A stretch of DNA of 63,617 bases, filler included, from Choristocarpus tenellus KU-1152 (GCA_964200185.2; 15 parts of 15 records of this genome joined end to end with filler, not necessarily neighbours in it), one strand, 5' to 3'. Numbered from the whole stretch's first letter, positions 37,224-50,469 are shown. The notes: a model not told the origin generated them from the sequence alone. Numbers and translations: made by a program.

Positions 37224-39299
37224 TTACTATTGTACATTCTTATTGTTGACAGATCCTTCACAATCTTTTGCTTTGTGTGCTGAGTGGACTACGTAGTGTA
37301 GTACCAAAGCAATCAGTATCCGGTTCTGAGCACCATGTCATTTCCCCCTGTAGAGGTTCAGTACAACAGCATCAGTGGGAACTGACAATAATAGGACTAA
37401 ATTGTTCCAAGTGTCCTCAAAAATCAAGAATCTCTCCAATTTCAATTTCTTGCATATTCTGAAGCACATGGTTTTTGTTGTGCCAGTGGGCGGTACTGTA
37501 TTGTTCATGCTAGAGTTGACCCCGAATAGGACTTGCCCTCTGTCTATCAGATGGGTATGGGTGTGTTTGATGGGTGCATGCTCTTGGCGACCTCACCTTG
37601 CGGAGCTTTTTTATTGCTGGTGTTGTCTGTCTGTCCAACGAGTGAAAGTTTCACCTCGTTGCACTCTTGGAGCAGGTTCCTAGCACCCCACAGTCTTAAT
37701 CTTTTCTTCTGGACCTGCTGAGCTGCTTTTTTTCACGTTTTATTTTGCTCTGGCATGATTGATGTTTCCCAGGCGCCTTCAGCTTCAAGTTTGGGAGGTT
37801 AGAGATACGAGCAAAGATGCCACGGGGTGACTGGCTGTGGCCTGCGCTTTGGCTGTTGCCGGAAGAAAATGCATATGGTGTGTTCTGTGCCCCGTCCCAT
37901 ATCAGCTGTAGTGCGTATGGTGCAAGGAGGTGGGACAATGTTTTTGCTGGGACCGTACGAAGGGAGAGGTCAACAAAGCGTTGCATACATGTATGTACTG
38001 GTATCCTTCTTCTTCATGTGCGGACCTCAGCAGACCTTTTTTTCGAAATTGAACTAGGGTGTGTGTCCTTTAAACCTGTCTCTTGTGTCCTCCTCCCCCT
38101 CCTCTCTGCCTTACAAGGTCCATGGCCTGTCTCAGGAGAAATCGATATCTGCGAGGCAAGGGGAAACAGTGCGTCCTATCTATCGCCATCAGGCGAAGCA
38201 CTAGGGATCAACACCTTTGGGTCTACACTGCACTATGGTGAGTCCTTTTTTCCCGCTAGGGGATCGAGGTGAGAATGTTTCGCCTTCACTCTGATAGCTG
38301 TGGCTCTATACATAGTCGGGTCAAGATCTCTCGATATTTGTAATACCACTAGTAGTAATAATTATGCCATTGGGGGAAAAGGTAGAAGCCAGTTAAGAAT
38401 GGAATGCTTGTGAAGGGATTTATTTGAACTGCAACTATGCACATGAGCACGGGGGGCAATGCAATGGGTCTGAAAATATGTCACGACCTTGACATCCACA
38501 GGGCCAAGAATAGTTACTTGAAAAAAAAATTTATCGCAATAAAAATACACTTTGCAAAACGATTCCGTGGCTCTTTGGAATGTTTATTGTCATTGTGATC
38601 CCCTGCATTAGTTTCTAATGGACTGTGCTCGGCAGAATTGGACCCATACAGAGATAAAAACAGATGACACTCGAAGCTAGTGGACAGGTGTGTGCCTTCA
38701 AACAGCGGGTTTTATCGCGGTGTTCCCAAACGCCTCCTGATCTGTACGTTGTAATGAAAGTTTTTTTTTTTGTCTTACTGAAGCAGTAAGTACCCTTGAA
38801 CTCCCGTCCATGCGCACCTCACCTCCCTTCTACAAAACACGCTCCGGCAAGTAGGGAACGCCTTCAAGTCAGACGGAAGCCATGTGGTTGCAACAGACAC
38901 CAAAGGAGATGTGATGTCCTACGTGGACGGCTGGGAGAGTGCTCACAGGCAGGCAGGACGCTATGTCCATGGCGCGAACAAGGCAGGAGGCGAGACTGCA
39001 GACTTCGCCTCGGATTTTCACACCTATGGACTATTCTGGTCTGAGGACAGAATGTACACATACGTTGTGTACCCGGATGGGAAAGAGGAGGTGGTCTTGG
39101 ACCTTTCCGGGGGTTATGCCAATGGATTCTGGGAACAACCTCTTGGCGGGGCTGGAGCAGAGGGGTGGGGGAGGGAGTCTCCCTTCAAAGGCATCCCGGG
39201 CACATCACGTGGCGCACCTTTCGATAAAAATTTCTACCTGGTGATGAATGTTGCCGTCGGGGGTGACGTGGGAGGAAACAACGGCTACTGCTCAGGGTC
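35769..39299 (+). CDS. GH16 beta-1,3-glucanase / glucan-binding-protein-like, probable type II membrane anchor; 3' end missing
   Basis: Exons 35769-35844 (less certain), 36003-36352, 36570-36795, 37773-37877, 38118-38237 and 38855->39299. Motifs: [54 protein letters not shown], catalytic [20 protein letters not shown] and [17 protein letters not shown]. Confidence 0.93.
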
Positions 39300-39652
39300 N
39301 NNNNNNNNNNNNNNNNNNNNNNNNNNNNNNNNNNNNNNNNNNNTTAATTAATTAANNNNNNNNNNNNNNNNNNNNNNNNNNNNNNNNNNNNNNNNNNNNC
39401 AAATGGACTACCGCTACCCCTCCCAGATATTTTGAGCCAATACTTCTTTGCTGATACCTGGTAAATTAAATTGCCTTGCCTGCCTCGGACGTCGGGTGTA
39501 GGCCATGTTTCTGCTCTTTATTGCACTCCTCTCACATTTGTTATATTTTTTGTGTTACAATCGATCACTGTTTCAAGAAGATCAGACTACTACGTGATAT
39601 TACCATACAACTCAAAATGCAATACATGAATGTGTGCGTTTACTGGTGGTCA

Positions 39653-42098
39653 TCAGCTGCACCACACTTGCCCCAACTTCGCCACAGGCCATACTTGGCA
39701 TAGAAGTCCTTGTACGCCTTGTTGCTCCCGCCCATATAGCTGTAGGTTGTGGGATGCAAACCTCACTGCAACCTGGGACAGGCGAAGGCACTCTTCTTCT
39801 GGAGTACTACCCATTCCCATCATTCCATGCACCCCACTGGACTCGCCAAAGTCACTTGAACGTACATTGGCCACATGGACCTTCCCTGTGCGTGCACTGG
39901 TGATAGCAGAACTGAGAGAGTCAATGGCTCCTTTTTTGAGGGGTGATGATAGCAGAGGGCATCCGCCAATGCCATCAATGACGCTTGATTGTTCCAGTGG
40001 GTCAGAAATCAGGTCAAACATCTGGGCATGTACAACCTGCAGCATATGTTGGGATGCAGACCAAAATGGAGAATAGGAGGGGCAATCAACTAATGACAAG
40101 CTCTGACATATATATATATATATATATATACATACATACATATATAACTCCACTTCAAAATGCCTATTTACAGTCCTATTTTCACAATTTGAGTAATTTC
40201 TTCAAGGTAAACTGTTGCCCACCTCCACATCATTAACGCAGAACTTACTTCACAATACCCTCCCTGAATCAAATTCCCTTTCACACACGACCCCAATTGA
40301 TAACTTACCTCAACAAGAGCTCCTCCGGTTGTTCTCAATCCTTCCGAACCTCCCACTCCCATTCCCCATCGGAACGCAAAGATACCCTTCCACCTACCCG
40401 ATACTACTGCAATAGTTTTTCCTCCATAATGGTTAGCTGCTACGATATACCCTCGCTGATTTGGCCATAAAAGGCTTTCTCCAGTTAGTCCTGAGCCCCA
40501 ACCCTCCACAAGGGTATCCAACACCACCCCTGAATCATGCCCAGAGTTGCTATCGTGCCCTCCTAGCCCTTCCTTGGCTTTCCAAAGGCCGAGTAAATCG
40601 AGCACAGTAGGGACCACATCGATGTGCATTCGAGGGCCATCTATGACCTTGCCTATCGGAATTCCTGGTCCGTAAGCCAGGAATGGGACCAATATCCCCT
40701 CCTATAGGAAAGCAGGGTTATGACATGGGAGATATATAAAAAAAAGTACGGAAGAAAGGAGAGGAAGATGGGAGAACAAGCATGCGTCATGGAGGGTAGG
40801 CGCAGGCAGGACAAAGGACAAAGGACAAAGGTACAGATTAAACACTTACTAGGTACTTGAACTAGGATCGACATAACACATTCTGACGAATTAATGTGGC
40901 TACTGATTACTCCCGAGCACTCGGGGTGTCCACTTCAACACTTTTCATACGAGATTCTTGGGATATGCAAGTATTTACAAAGTATGCAAGCAATGCATCA
41001 CATAAATAATGTTTGTTTCAAGTAGGCATCAAGTAAGAAAACAATGAAGATGTGCGCAATTGTGTCCGACAGCAAGCAATACACGATCAAACACTTACAG
41101 CCCCAGTGTAATGGAGGAAAAGATAAGGATTCATACTGCAATGGCAAGGTACTCCGACTCAAAAAATACCTGGTCCTTCAAAATAGATTATCCATCACAA
41201 GTACTGGAGCCATATTGCATCTTCACTACTGTTCTCCTTGTATGCTAAATTATTAACACAAGGAAGCCTCCTTGTCATTGTAGAAATATTGACCATAGAG
41301 TATCACTACCTAAGTGAGCACAATATGCATGGTGGAACATGGGGTGATTTTGCTATGGACTAGAGACTTGACCTCATAAATGTTGTTGCCATGCTTGGTG
41401 AAGCCATGCTCGCCAAAAGCCTGGCATGTGTGTGGAGAGGGCAGGCAGAACTCACTTCATCAAATGGAAAAAAAAGTAAAACATGTGGCCAATTGAAATA
41501 AGATGGAGGATGGTGAATATAGGAGGGGAAAGGAAGGGCGGAGGGTTGGGCATTGAAGCTCTTGTGTTGTACATAGTACCTGTTCTTGACAGTCCATTAG
41601 CATTTTGGTAGTGGAGTAGTGTATAAACTCAACATAATTCCCACATTGTGCATGCATTATAGGGTCGAAAGTCGAACAAATTAGTATTATGTGAAAGAGG
41701 ATATGGAGAGGAGGGCAATATTATGGACTTCCACAAAAAAAAAATGATGCCAAGCGCTCTTCTGTGTCATTGACGAAAAAACTATGTAAAACGTCTGGTG
41801 CTGCAGGTTCAAATCCACTTAAATAGCTCAACTTAGAGACACAGCATGGTGCTGAAAGGAATGGCAGGGTGTAGAGATGCAACGATCATCCGGACTTGCA
41901 CAACCCACATCCAACTGGAAAAAATCATGTTCACATCATCCAGTCATCATCTCTCAACATGTTGAGGAAGAAATTTGTGGTAATGAAAGCAACCGTTGTT
42001 GCACCTACCTCCCCATGATCTCCAACGAGTATAACGTAAGTGTTGTTTCCCAGGCCACTAGCCTCAATCCTGGAATTCAAGCTTTCAAGGAAGCGGTC
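39653..42098 (-). CDS. Sulfatase / LTA-synthase-like (alkaline phosphatase superfamily) protein, last four exons
   Basis: Exons 42098-42009, 41420-41373, 40701-40309 and 40021-39653, all phase 0: NNTYVILVGDHGE|AFGEHGFTKHGNNIYE|EGILVPF...HIDVVPTVLDLLG...GESLL|MFDLISDPLE. Confidence 0.88.
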
Positions 42099-42190
42099 CT
42101 GTGGAGTAGCAAAGGGATTCCAGATAACAACCAAACAAAAGGGAGTCACGTTTTTGAAACATCCAGGCATGTCACCTGAACTTTGTAATA

Positions 42191-43166
42191 CTTCCTCCTT
42201 TCGGAATTACTTGTAACATAACTTTTTGCATCCCCCATGAATAAGCAAGATTTTTTTTTTTACATATTTATATTCTATGAGTGTATTGTGCAAAAACTAA
42301 AACGTTGCCCACCAAAATCTCAAGCAAAATGGGGTAGCCCATACCCATCTATGATTCCGTCCCCAAAGCCCCCCAAAACTCCATTCCAGCACAGTATTTC
42401 ACTGCATCCATGGCATTCGGGGGGAGCTTGCCTGCCTTCTCAGCTTTTTTCTTGCTAAGAAGGAGAATTTTGAAGACGTTATCATCCTTGAACCCCAGCA
42501 CTTCAACGTATACAGCGAAGAGGCTCTGCCAGATGCACTCTAGAGCCTCGTGGGGGTACACATTGAACACCTCCATTGTGGCCTCCACCAGCTCCTTTGT
42601 GTTTAACACTCCCACATCTTCCTTCAGTTGCTGGATGGAATGAAAGAATCACAGGTCGTTGAAGGTGAGATCAGGCCGTGTCTCTATGACAGTGTCGACC
42701 CCCATTGCCCTGCCTCCTTGACTGCCTCCATGATCCCCCCCTTGGTGTGAGGCTTTACCTCGTTCTGCTGCATGAAGATGGTGTGTCCTTCTGACTTAGG
42801 CATGTGGGCCTTAAGTGCTGGGGTCATATCCTCAATATTGAGCTTCTTATACCTCTCCCCGTCCATCGCAACTGGCACAAGCACTTTGGTGCCCTTGGGG
42901 TGGTGTTTGCTGAGCACTGAGCGACTGTAGTGTTTATGATTGGTCACGTCCTGATTTTCCCATCGAACCACACCCTGTTGGAGAGCTTAGTAGGGCGGGT
43001 CACAGCTGCAAGGAACATCACCTTTGTAATGTAACGCTTATTCTGTGCCGGTGGGGTGGTTTGGGGGGTCCTCAGTGGGGTGCAGGTACACACCTTGCCC
43101 ATCTTTGAGGATGTAAAACCACCTCTTGTCCACATGCACCTAGTCATATAGATTTTCCACAAATAC
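42191..43166 (-). mobile_element. Degenerate DD39D (plant-type) mariner transposon: catalytic domain + TIR
   Basis: VHVDKRWFY, KVMFLAAVTRP, FDGKI, IFMQQN...PH, PDL..NDL*FFHSIQ and ...GKLP, with frameshifts. TIR TA|CTTCCTCCTTTCGGAATTACTTGT at 42191. It lies in an intron of the sulfatase-like gene. Confidence 0.9.
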
Positions 43167-43286
43167 NNNNNNNNNNNNNNNNNNNNNNNNNNNNNNNNNN
43201 NNNNNNNNNNTTAATTAATTAANNNNNNNNNNNNNNNNNNNNNNNNNNNNNNNNNNNNNNNNNNNNCCCCCCAGATACTTTGACCC

Positions 43287-43464
43287 TTTACCTACTCCGT
43301 AATGTTTTGGAGTAGGTAAAATGTATACGTTATGAAAAGGTGTATCTGGAACTAGGATATTGACACTTCCTAACAAACATGATAGTCAAAATTACATCAA
43401 ACGTTCAACATTGGGTTTTGGCTGTCAATCGGACGCGGCTCTACCCTCTAAGACACTTTGTCTC
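43287..43464 (-). mobile_element. GAG-MITE, reverse orientation, interrupted by a G-run TIR element end (43267-43286)
   Basis: Ends ...CTACCCTCTAAGACACTTTGTCTC. Homology stops where CCCCAGATACTTTGACCC abuts. Confidence 0.82.
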
Positions 43465-43768
43465 ACGAACTAGAGGTGTTTACAACAGTGTCTTATGATG
43501 AATGAACCCCTTTTTCATTTCAGAGTCAGAACAGGCCGGTTTCTTTAATTTGGATCGATTCATGGATCGCTTTTTTTTAAAACTCGTTGTTGGATCAAAG
43601 CATGATGTAATGGTGCTCGAATGCTTTTGCAGGTGCAGTCATGGAGAAGTACAGAAGCAACGTACAACAGGCTAAAACCTTCGGGTTTTTTGCTCTTGTA
43701 AACGAGAGCAAAAAATCAAATCAAATCAAATAAGAAGCATATATCTGGCATAAGATAGAGATGCAGAA

Positions 43769-44027
43769 GAGTCAAAGTATCTTAGAGGGTAGAGCCGTGT
43801 CCATTTGGAGGCCAAAATCTAACATTGCGATTTTGGTGAAATTATGGCTATCGTTTTTGTTAGGAGATATCAATGTCCTTGTTCCAGACACACCGTTTCA
43901 TAGCGTATACGTTTTACCTACTCAGAAATGGTCTCGGGGTAGATAAAATGTCATTAAAACCCGTGGGAAGCCAAGTTCCAAATGGACAAACGGGGAAAAA
44001 CTCATACCCTCTAAGATACTTTCACTC
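43769..44027 (+). mobile_element. GAG-MITE, full length, 4-bp TSD AGAA
   Basis: agaa|GAGTCAAAGTATCTTAGAGGGTA...TACCCTCTAAGATACTTTCACTC|agaa. Confidence 0.92.
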
Positions 44028-44912
44028 AGAAATGTAACAAACCTTTTTGCTCTACCTTTGTTATGGACTGAGAGCATCGGTGGACAAGTAGTACTCATAG
44101 GGTTACACCAAGAGCTCAAAGAGAGGTGTACATGGACCTGTTCAACATTAGTGCTACATTGGGACAGACGCCTGGCCATTGATCATGGCCACCACTCTTG
44201 CTCCCTTCCTCAAGAAGTGTCTCAGCAATCAATGTCAAAAAGGAAAATGTAGAAAGGCTCAGACAATGATATATTGGGTAGAACGCACTTTGCCCCCCAC
44301 CCAACCAACCTGAGAGAGTTTGGACTGGAGCAATTTTCCCACTCCATGCCCAGACCAACAAAAGTACATCAGAGGCCCCCTCCCTTATCAAGATAGGAAA
44401 CAGTGCAATTTATTAGCACTTTCTTATGAGGGTATGAGTCCGTCCCCTCATTTTACGGTGGCTTGAATGCAAACTGTACTGTGTACTATATCAATGTATG
44501 GCATAGCCAGCACTAATAATAACAACGAAAGGACATTCAGGGGAAGAGTTCTTTGGGGTGGGGTGGGGTGGTCGGGAGGGGGGGGGACACTGGCCCTGAC
44601 TCTAAACCTACAATGGTTGGTGCAGAGCATGCGAACAAAATTAGAGGAAGGGTGTGCAGGGATGTACAGCAGGTTGACCCACCAATTTCGAGGAGATACT
44701 GGAGATATCCACCAACAAAATGTTGGGTGATTGGCCGGTTAGTGTTGGCTTCATGTTGGTATGATATATGTCATCGGTGTACCAATATTCTGATGACGGT
44801 ATATACTCAGTCTGTGATACCGTTATCAGTTCCTCCCACACCAACACATTACCGCCAAATTCACCACTTCAACATTCACCTACTTGAAGGAGCACAATAC
44901 CAAGCATGGTAC

Positions 44913-45173
44913 GAGTCAAATTATCTTAGAGGGTAGATCTGCATCCATTTGGGGCCCAAAATACAGTTTTGCGATTTTGATGAAATTTTGGCTATTGTGT
45001 TTGTTAGGAAGTGCCAATACCCTTGTTGCGGACACACCTTTCCATAACATAATATATATTTCACCTACTCGAAATATTTTGGAGTAGGAATATGTCATAA
45101 AGAAACTTATGGGAAGCCAAGCCCCAAATGGACAAACAGGGCAAAACTCGTACCCTCTAAGATACTTTCACTT
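44913..45173 (+). mobile_element. GAG-MITE, full length, 4-bp TSD GTAC
   Basis: gtac|GAGTCAAATTATCTTAGAGGGTA...TACCCTCTAAGATACTTTCACTT|gtac. Confidence 0.92.
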
Positions 45174-45729
45174 GTACTTAGTGAGCGTTTGATAGACTGT
45201 TTTGGTACTCCATTGCATTGTAGTAGAATGGCCTGCCTACCATTTTGATAGTGTACGAGTTCTTACTCTTCTAAGTGTAGGATTGAGATCAAGTAGGATC
45301 AATCTTTAATGGCCCATGCAATGTTCGCCCCCCCTCACCCTCCTTAAGAAACCTCTCCTCTCTAAGAAGACCATGAAATGACTTGAGCTCTACTGGTCAA
45401 AAATACATCCCTTGTGGGGGGGGGGGGAGGGTATGGTCTGACTCTCTGGCAAAGAAGTACTATATATTTTTTTATCATGATACGACACCTATCCCTACGG
45501 CACCATGTTGGTCTTCCAATAAATATATATATATATACATTTTGATTGCGTAGCAGTTGTACATTTTCACTTATCACGTTTTTTGTAGTTGAAGGTCCCA
45601 AACCCCTCAATGTCCCCTCTTGACAGGTTGATATTGATATAGATATTGATAGCAATAATGATAAATTGGAAATGTCTCTATTTTGAAGCGCTGCCTATAC
45701 TTACCCCACACCTGTGCTGATTGATGTAA

Positions 45730-45986
45730 GAGTCAAAGCATTTAAGAGGGTAGGAATATTGCCCTGTTTGTCCGTTCGGGGCTTGGCCTTCCCACGGAAT
45801 TGTTATGTTCCTTTTCAGTTTTCTGTGTGAAGACAGTTACCTAAAATGTGTACGACAATGAAAGGTGTGTTCGGAGCAAGGATAGTGGCACTTGCTAACA
45901 AACACGATAGCGAAAATTACATCAAAATCGCAACATAGGATTTATGACCCTGAACAGAGACCCTACCCTCTTAAATGCTTTGGGTC
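45730..45986 (-). mobile_element. Diverged GAG-MITE subfamily copy
   Basis: TIRs GAGTCAAAGCATTTAAGAGGGTAGG / CCTACCCTCTTAAATGCTTTGGGTC. The internal sequence is the reverse complement of the family. Confidence 0.85.
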
Positions 45987-47989
45987 TAACATACTCTGAG
46001 TAACGTCTATACACATCCCCCCCCCTCTNNNNNNNNNNNNNNNNNNNNNNNNNNNNNNNNNNNNNNNNNNNNTTAATTAATTAANNNNNNNNNNNNNNNN
46101 NNNNNNNNNNNNNNNNNNNNNNNNNNNNGTGTAAGTAGGGTTTGGGTTTGGGGGAGGGGGCAAGAAATGGTCCAATGCCTGTTGAAGTGGAAGATAGCCA
46201 GTAAGTGGTCTTCCTGTTGCTGTTCTTTATTTTTGGTCTGTATTTGATAGAATTGGCGTTTCATGTTTTTATTATCATGTACGAGGGTTATTAGTGGGTA
46301 GCAGAAGCATTGGGATATTTTGTCCCAAGGTTGTGGACTCGATGTTGCTGGTACTTGCTTGTTCTTGGGAGGTTCCCCTTGACTTTGTTAGCTGTTACTC
46401 ATTCCTTGGCATGTGTCTATTCCTGTCTTATTTTTCTTCTCTTGTTTGTCTACTTTCCGTTGAGATTGTAGTGTCTCAGTGAAGTGTATGTGTGTGAAAC
46501 TTTAATGCATCTCCCCTTCCAAGAAAGGAAAATAATATCTGATCTACCTGCTACTGGACTAATTCGGGGAGTGTTGGTGGTATGTTACGACACTCTCAAA
46601 CCAAATAAATGGTTCACCCCTGAAAGATTGATAAAATCCTCTACACCAAAATGAAATATCCCTCTGATCAATGTTAATGGCGACATGTGAACTAGCAATA
46701 GTTACAGCACAAATTTGAACTGAGGGCTAATGAGAGAGAGGAGGTTGATTGTTGTGCAAGTGTATCTTCATATCCCTCTCAAAGAAAAGATAACTGCTCC
46801 TAGGCAGCATGAACTCTGGTGTCTGGTTTTTGAAGAGATGACAGGATACCTCATCAGATTTGTGACCATTTCGAACTGCCTACTTTTGAAGTATTGCTTG
46901 GCTCATGGAGGAATAGGAGAGATAGACACTTCCATGATGCTTGATGGATGTGATCGGTCGATCAGGATAAGATGAGTCATTTCAACACCTCGTCACTATC
47001 TCGAGATAATCCCGTAGTCCTGTCACATACATTAGAACGGGTCTGGGTTTACCAACTGGTAACACTTGCACAGTTTTTTCTTATCACAATTTTCCGATAC
47101 AGCTAGTTGGAGGGGTCTATTCAAGCACCTACTCACTGACAAAGGCAAGCAAGCAACCAAGATCAAAAGTAGAGTTGTATTAAGTTCGATGGATGGATGG
47201 ATGAATCAAGGTATGAGCAGGTTGAAAGAACGTTCCCCTCAAGTTTCCATGCATCTGCTGGTTGTCGATTGTCTTTCTTGTGATATAAATCGTACACATG
47301 ACCCAGTGTTGCACCAGGTCAACCATGGCAAGATCCTGAGGAAATGGATCAACCGTTGTGCTTGTGGTGTCTTGCACATATTTTATCGCTATGTATTTTG
47401 TTACATGTTGTCCTATTTCACAAAAGTAACATACTCAATTACGATGAATAGACAGTGACTCAAGACCACAATAAACAAATATGGAATATTCCAAGGGCTC
47501 CAACAAGCACAAGAAACAAAGTTGTACCTACTAGCAAAACTCGTGTAAGGACTACTCTACAATCAGCAGAAAGCTGAAACGAAGTAGGAAACCAATCCCT
47601 CGCCTCTCTTCACCTACTTCACCTACCCTATACTCGCTCACCAGTGCCAAAACACAACCCACCAACACCTATATATTATGATGCCATGAAACAAAGCACA
47701 ACATGTAAAATTGACGCTCCACAAATCAAATACTGTAAACCCCTGTGTAGCCTCACACTTCAAGAAGGAACATCCTTTAAGGAACATATTCAAGTCAAAA
47801 ATGTGTCACCAACCAACCCAAGTACATCCACCCTCCATGACAAATATGGTAAAGGCAATATACATACAACACAAATAAACATACTAGAGTGCCTGCTGAA
47901 ATTTGTAGAGCTATTTATGTATCCAGACAATCCCATGTGGATGTTGGGGAAGGGAGAGTAAGGAAAATGTTATGAATTGCCTCCCACAG

Positions 47990-49530
47990 GACCACTCTCC
48001 ACCGTTTTGACTTGTTCCACTGCGTCCACCTCAAGCATACATGCCAGGTCCTGCGCAAACTCCTCCAGATTCCAGTTCATCGACGAGTCAAAATCACCGA
48101 GTGAATCTATCTGTGTGTCCACAAACCAGGCAATAAAAAAACAAGGGATGATGGGATAAGGAAAGGGTGGGAGGTCAACTACTATCATGCTTATGAATAC
48201 CACTCTCCCATCATACCATTCATATCATTGGTAAAGGCAGAGATGTAGCTGCCTCCATACAAGTGTATAATAATTCCATACCTTGCACTCACTCTGCACA
48301 AAAAAAACACAGGCAAGTCGGCAAAAAATAAATAAATAGGAAAAGCTAGACTTCTGAAAATTGTATGCAAGGAAGGGCTGCTTGCATGCATTGATGACCA
48401 ACCCAGTTATTCAGGCCAGCGGACAGCCACTTGGGGACATCAAAAATCCAAGAGTATCCCCACAATCCAAAACAGCAACCTGTTTATGCTCTGGGTCCTC
48501 TCCAGAACCTACACATGTAATCCCAAGGGTGATAAAACAGCATACCCACAGTGATGCAAGCACAACAGAGAAAAAGGAAAATACTCAACCTACAGTAATT
48601 CCTCTTTCCCATTTTACTAACAGCACTAAGACCGTGTACACAGCCACCACTACAACCGTCCTCTTGAGTCCCAACATATACCCTCATTTTCATGTGACCT
48701 ATCGGAACTCAGCTTTCAGGGTTGTTAATTGACTGCAGGGAACACTGGTCACAACAAGAAGAGGTGCCACTGGTTGTGATCATTTCCTTTTGCCCTGTTC
48801 TAGAGATCCACTTCCGCTAAAGGAACACAGCAAAACCAGCATCAGTCCACTTACCACTTACCACCAATGTGGTCTTGTTTTATCAATATAAGAAATTTCA
48901 ATGTTCAAGCTATTTAATACTACGTACCACTAAAATAAAATAGAAAATGGGAGAGAAGACATAGTTCACCGCCTATCAATTTTTATTTTGTACTGGCTCT
49001 CTTTCTCTCTCTCTCTCTCTCCACTGAAAAATAATGTTCCACAACTTTTCAAGGGAGATCGCAGTAGGGATTCTGTGTTATCTGTAAGCACGAATAAATT
49101 CTAAACATACAGGTGCACTGCTCAAAACCTTCTAACAGTCACAACCAACACATAGGAAAGATTTCGATCACACAGCTACACTCACTACTCTGAGGAGCCG
49201 TCTACATCTCGCTCCACCTGGACACTCCCAAAAACACTCAAGGCCCCCCGCTAACGACAAAGGAATTGCATTGCACATGCATGGCATGCACACACACACA
49301 CACACACCTCCACATCCATAGCGTTTACAGCGGGGTCTGAGGAGCACCCCGTGTCTATTTCCCTCTCCCAGATGTCCATACACGAAGACAAGCTCTTGCC
49401 TCTCAAACTGTTTCCACCCATCATAATGTATCCGTTGCTGCCGCTCCCCTGTTCCTCCCCTCCCTTGTCACCAGTGTCAGGTCTGCCCTCATATCCATCC
49501 CCATTGACTAAAACAACTGAGACTGATGAC
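47990..49530 (-). CDS. Probable internal exons of an unidentified gene
   Basis: Open segments behind pyrimidine tracts and AG acceptors: ~49530-49309 (SSVSVVLVNGDG...AMDVE|gtgtgt) and ~48110-48000 (IDSLGDFDSSMNWNLEEFAQDLACML). No family is recognised and the splicing is unresolved. Confidence 0.35.
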
Positions 49531-50469
49531 TGAGTCGAAAACAGACGGGAAAAAAAAACCAATCAACAAATGTGAGTACAAACTGTTGGGGTGGAATGTC
49601 AAGGGAGAGAGAGAGAGAGAGAGATCAGGGAAAGGAAGTACTGTTGCTTGAGTACACCGAACTCATCTTATGCTCAACCAGGGGTATTGGAAGGCATACA
49701 CACTCCACCAGCAGGTTTTGGGACGAATCGAACAATAAGATGTACTCATTTTTGTTGGTTATTTCAAATGTAATCAACACCGACCTTGACCTAACCCCCC
49801 CCCCCCCTCCTCCAACAACAAAAAAATGAAAGAGCATTATCCCTACCACCGNNNNNNNNNNNNNNNNNNNNNNNNNNNNNNNNNNNNNNNNNNNNTTAAT
49901 TAATTAANNNNNNNNNNNNNNNNNNNNNNNNNNNNNNNNNNNNNNNNNNNNCCCTCCCAGATACTTTGGGTCAATACTCTGAGGGCGTTACCCTGAACCA
50001 GTGACGAACACACAGGCAAGCAATTACATCATTATACAACATCGCCATGGGTTGACATCTAAACATGGTTCCCTATTACACCAAACACACAGCCTAGACT
50101 CTCACAGATCTACCGACGTTTGAAAATTTCACAACGAACATTATCACAGGGTTCTCCGGTTCTTTCAAAGGGTGCAAAGTTGCTTGTCGAACACATTCTT
50201 TCGTACTTTCGCTGTGGTATATCGGCAGAACCCGGCAAAAAGAGAGAAATTATGTCGCAGTTACATGTTAGTCCTGTACGCATCCTCTTCACCCTATGTT
50301 ACCAGCCCTATTCGTCTTCCTGTTTTATGGTCTCGAATAATCGGCACACCTTTAAAGAACCGCTAGCACTCTGGTCCATCCATCCTTTCCTCAGCTCCTG
50401 CATCCTCCTCTGTATCCTGCCCCGCTTACTCCTTCTCACCAACCTCTATTTCATCCCTTGCCTCCTAAC

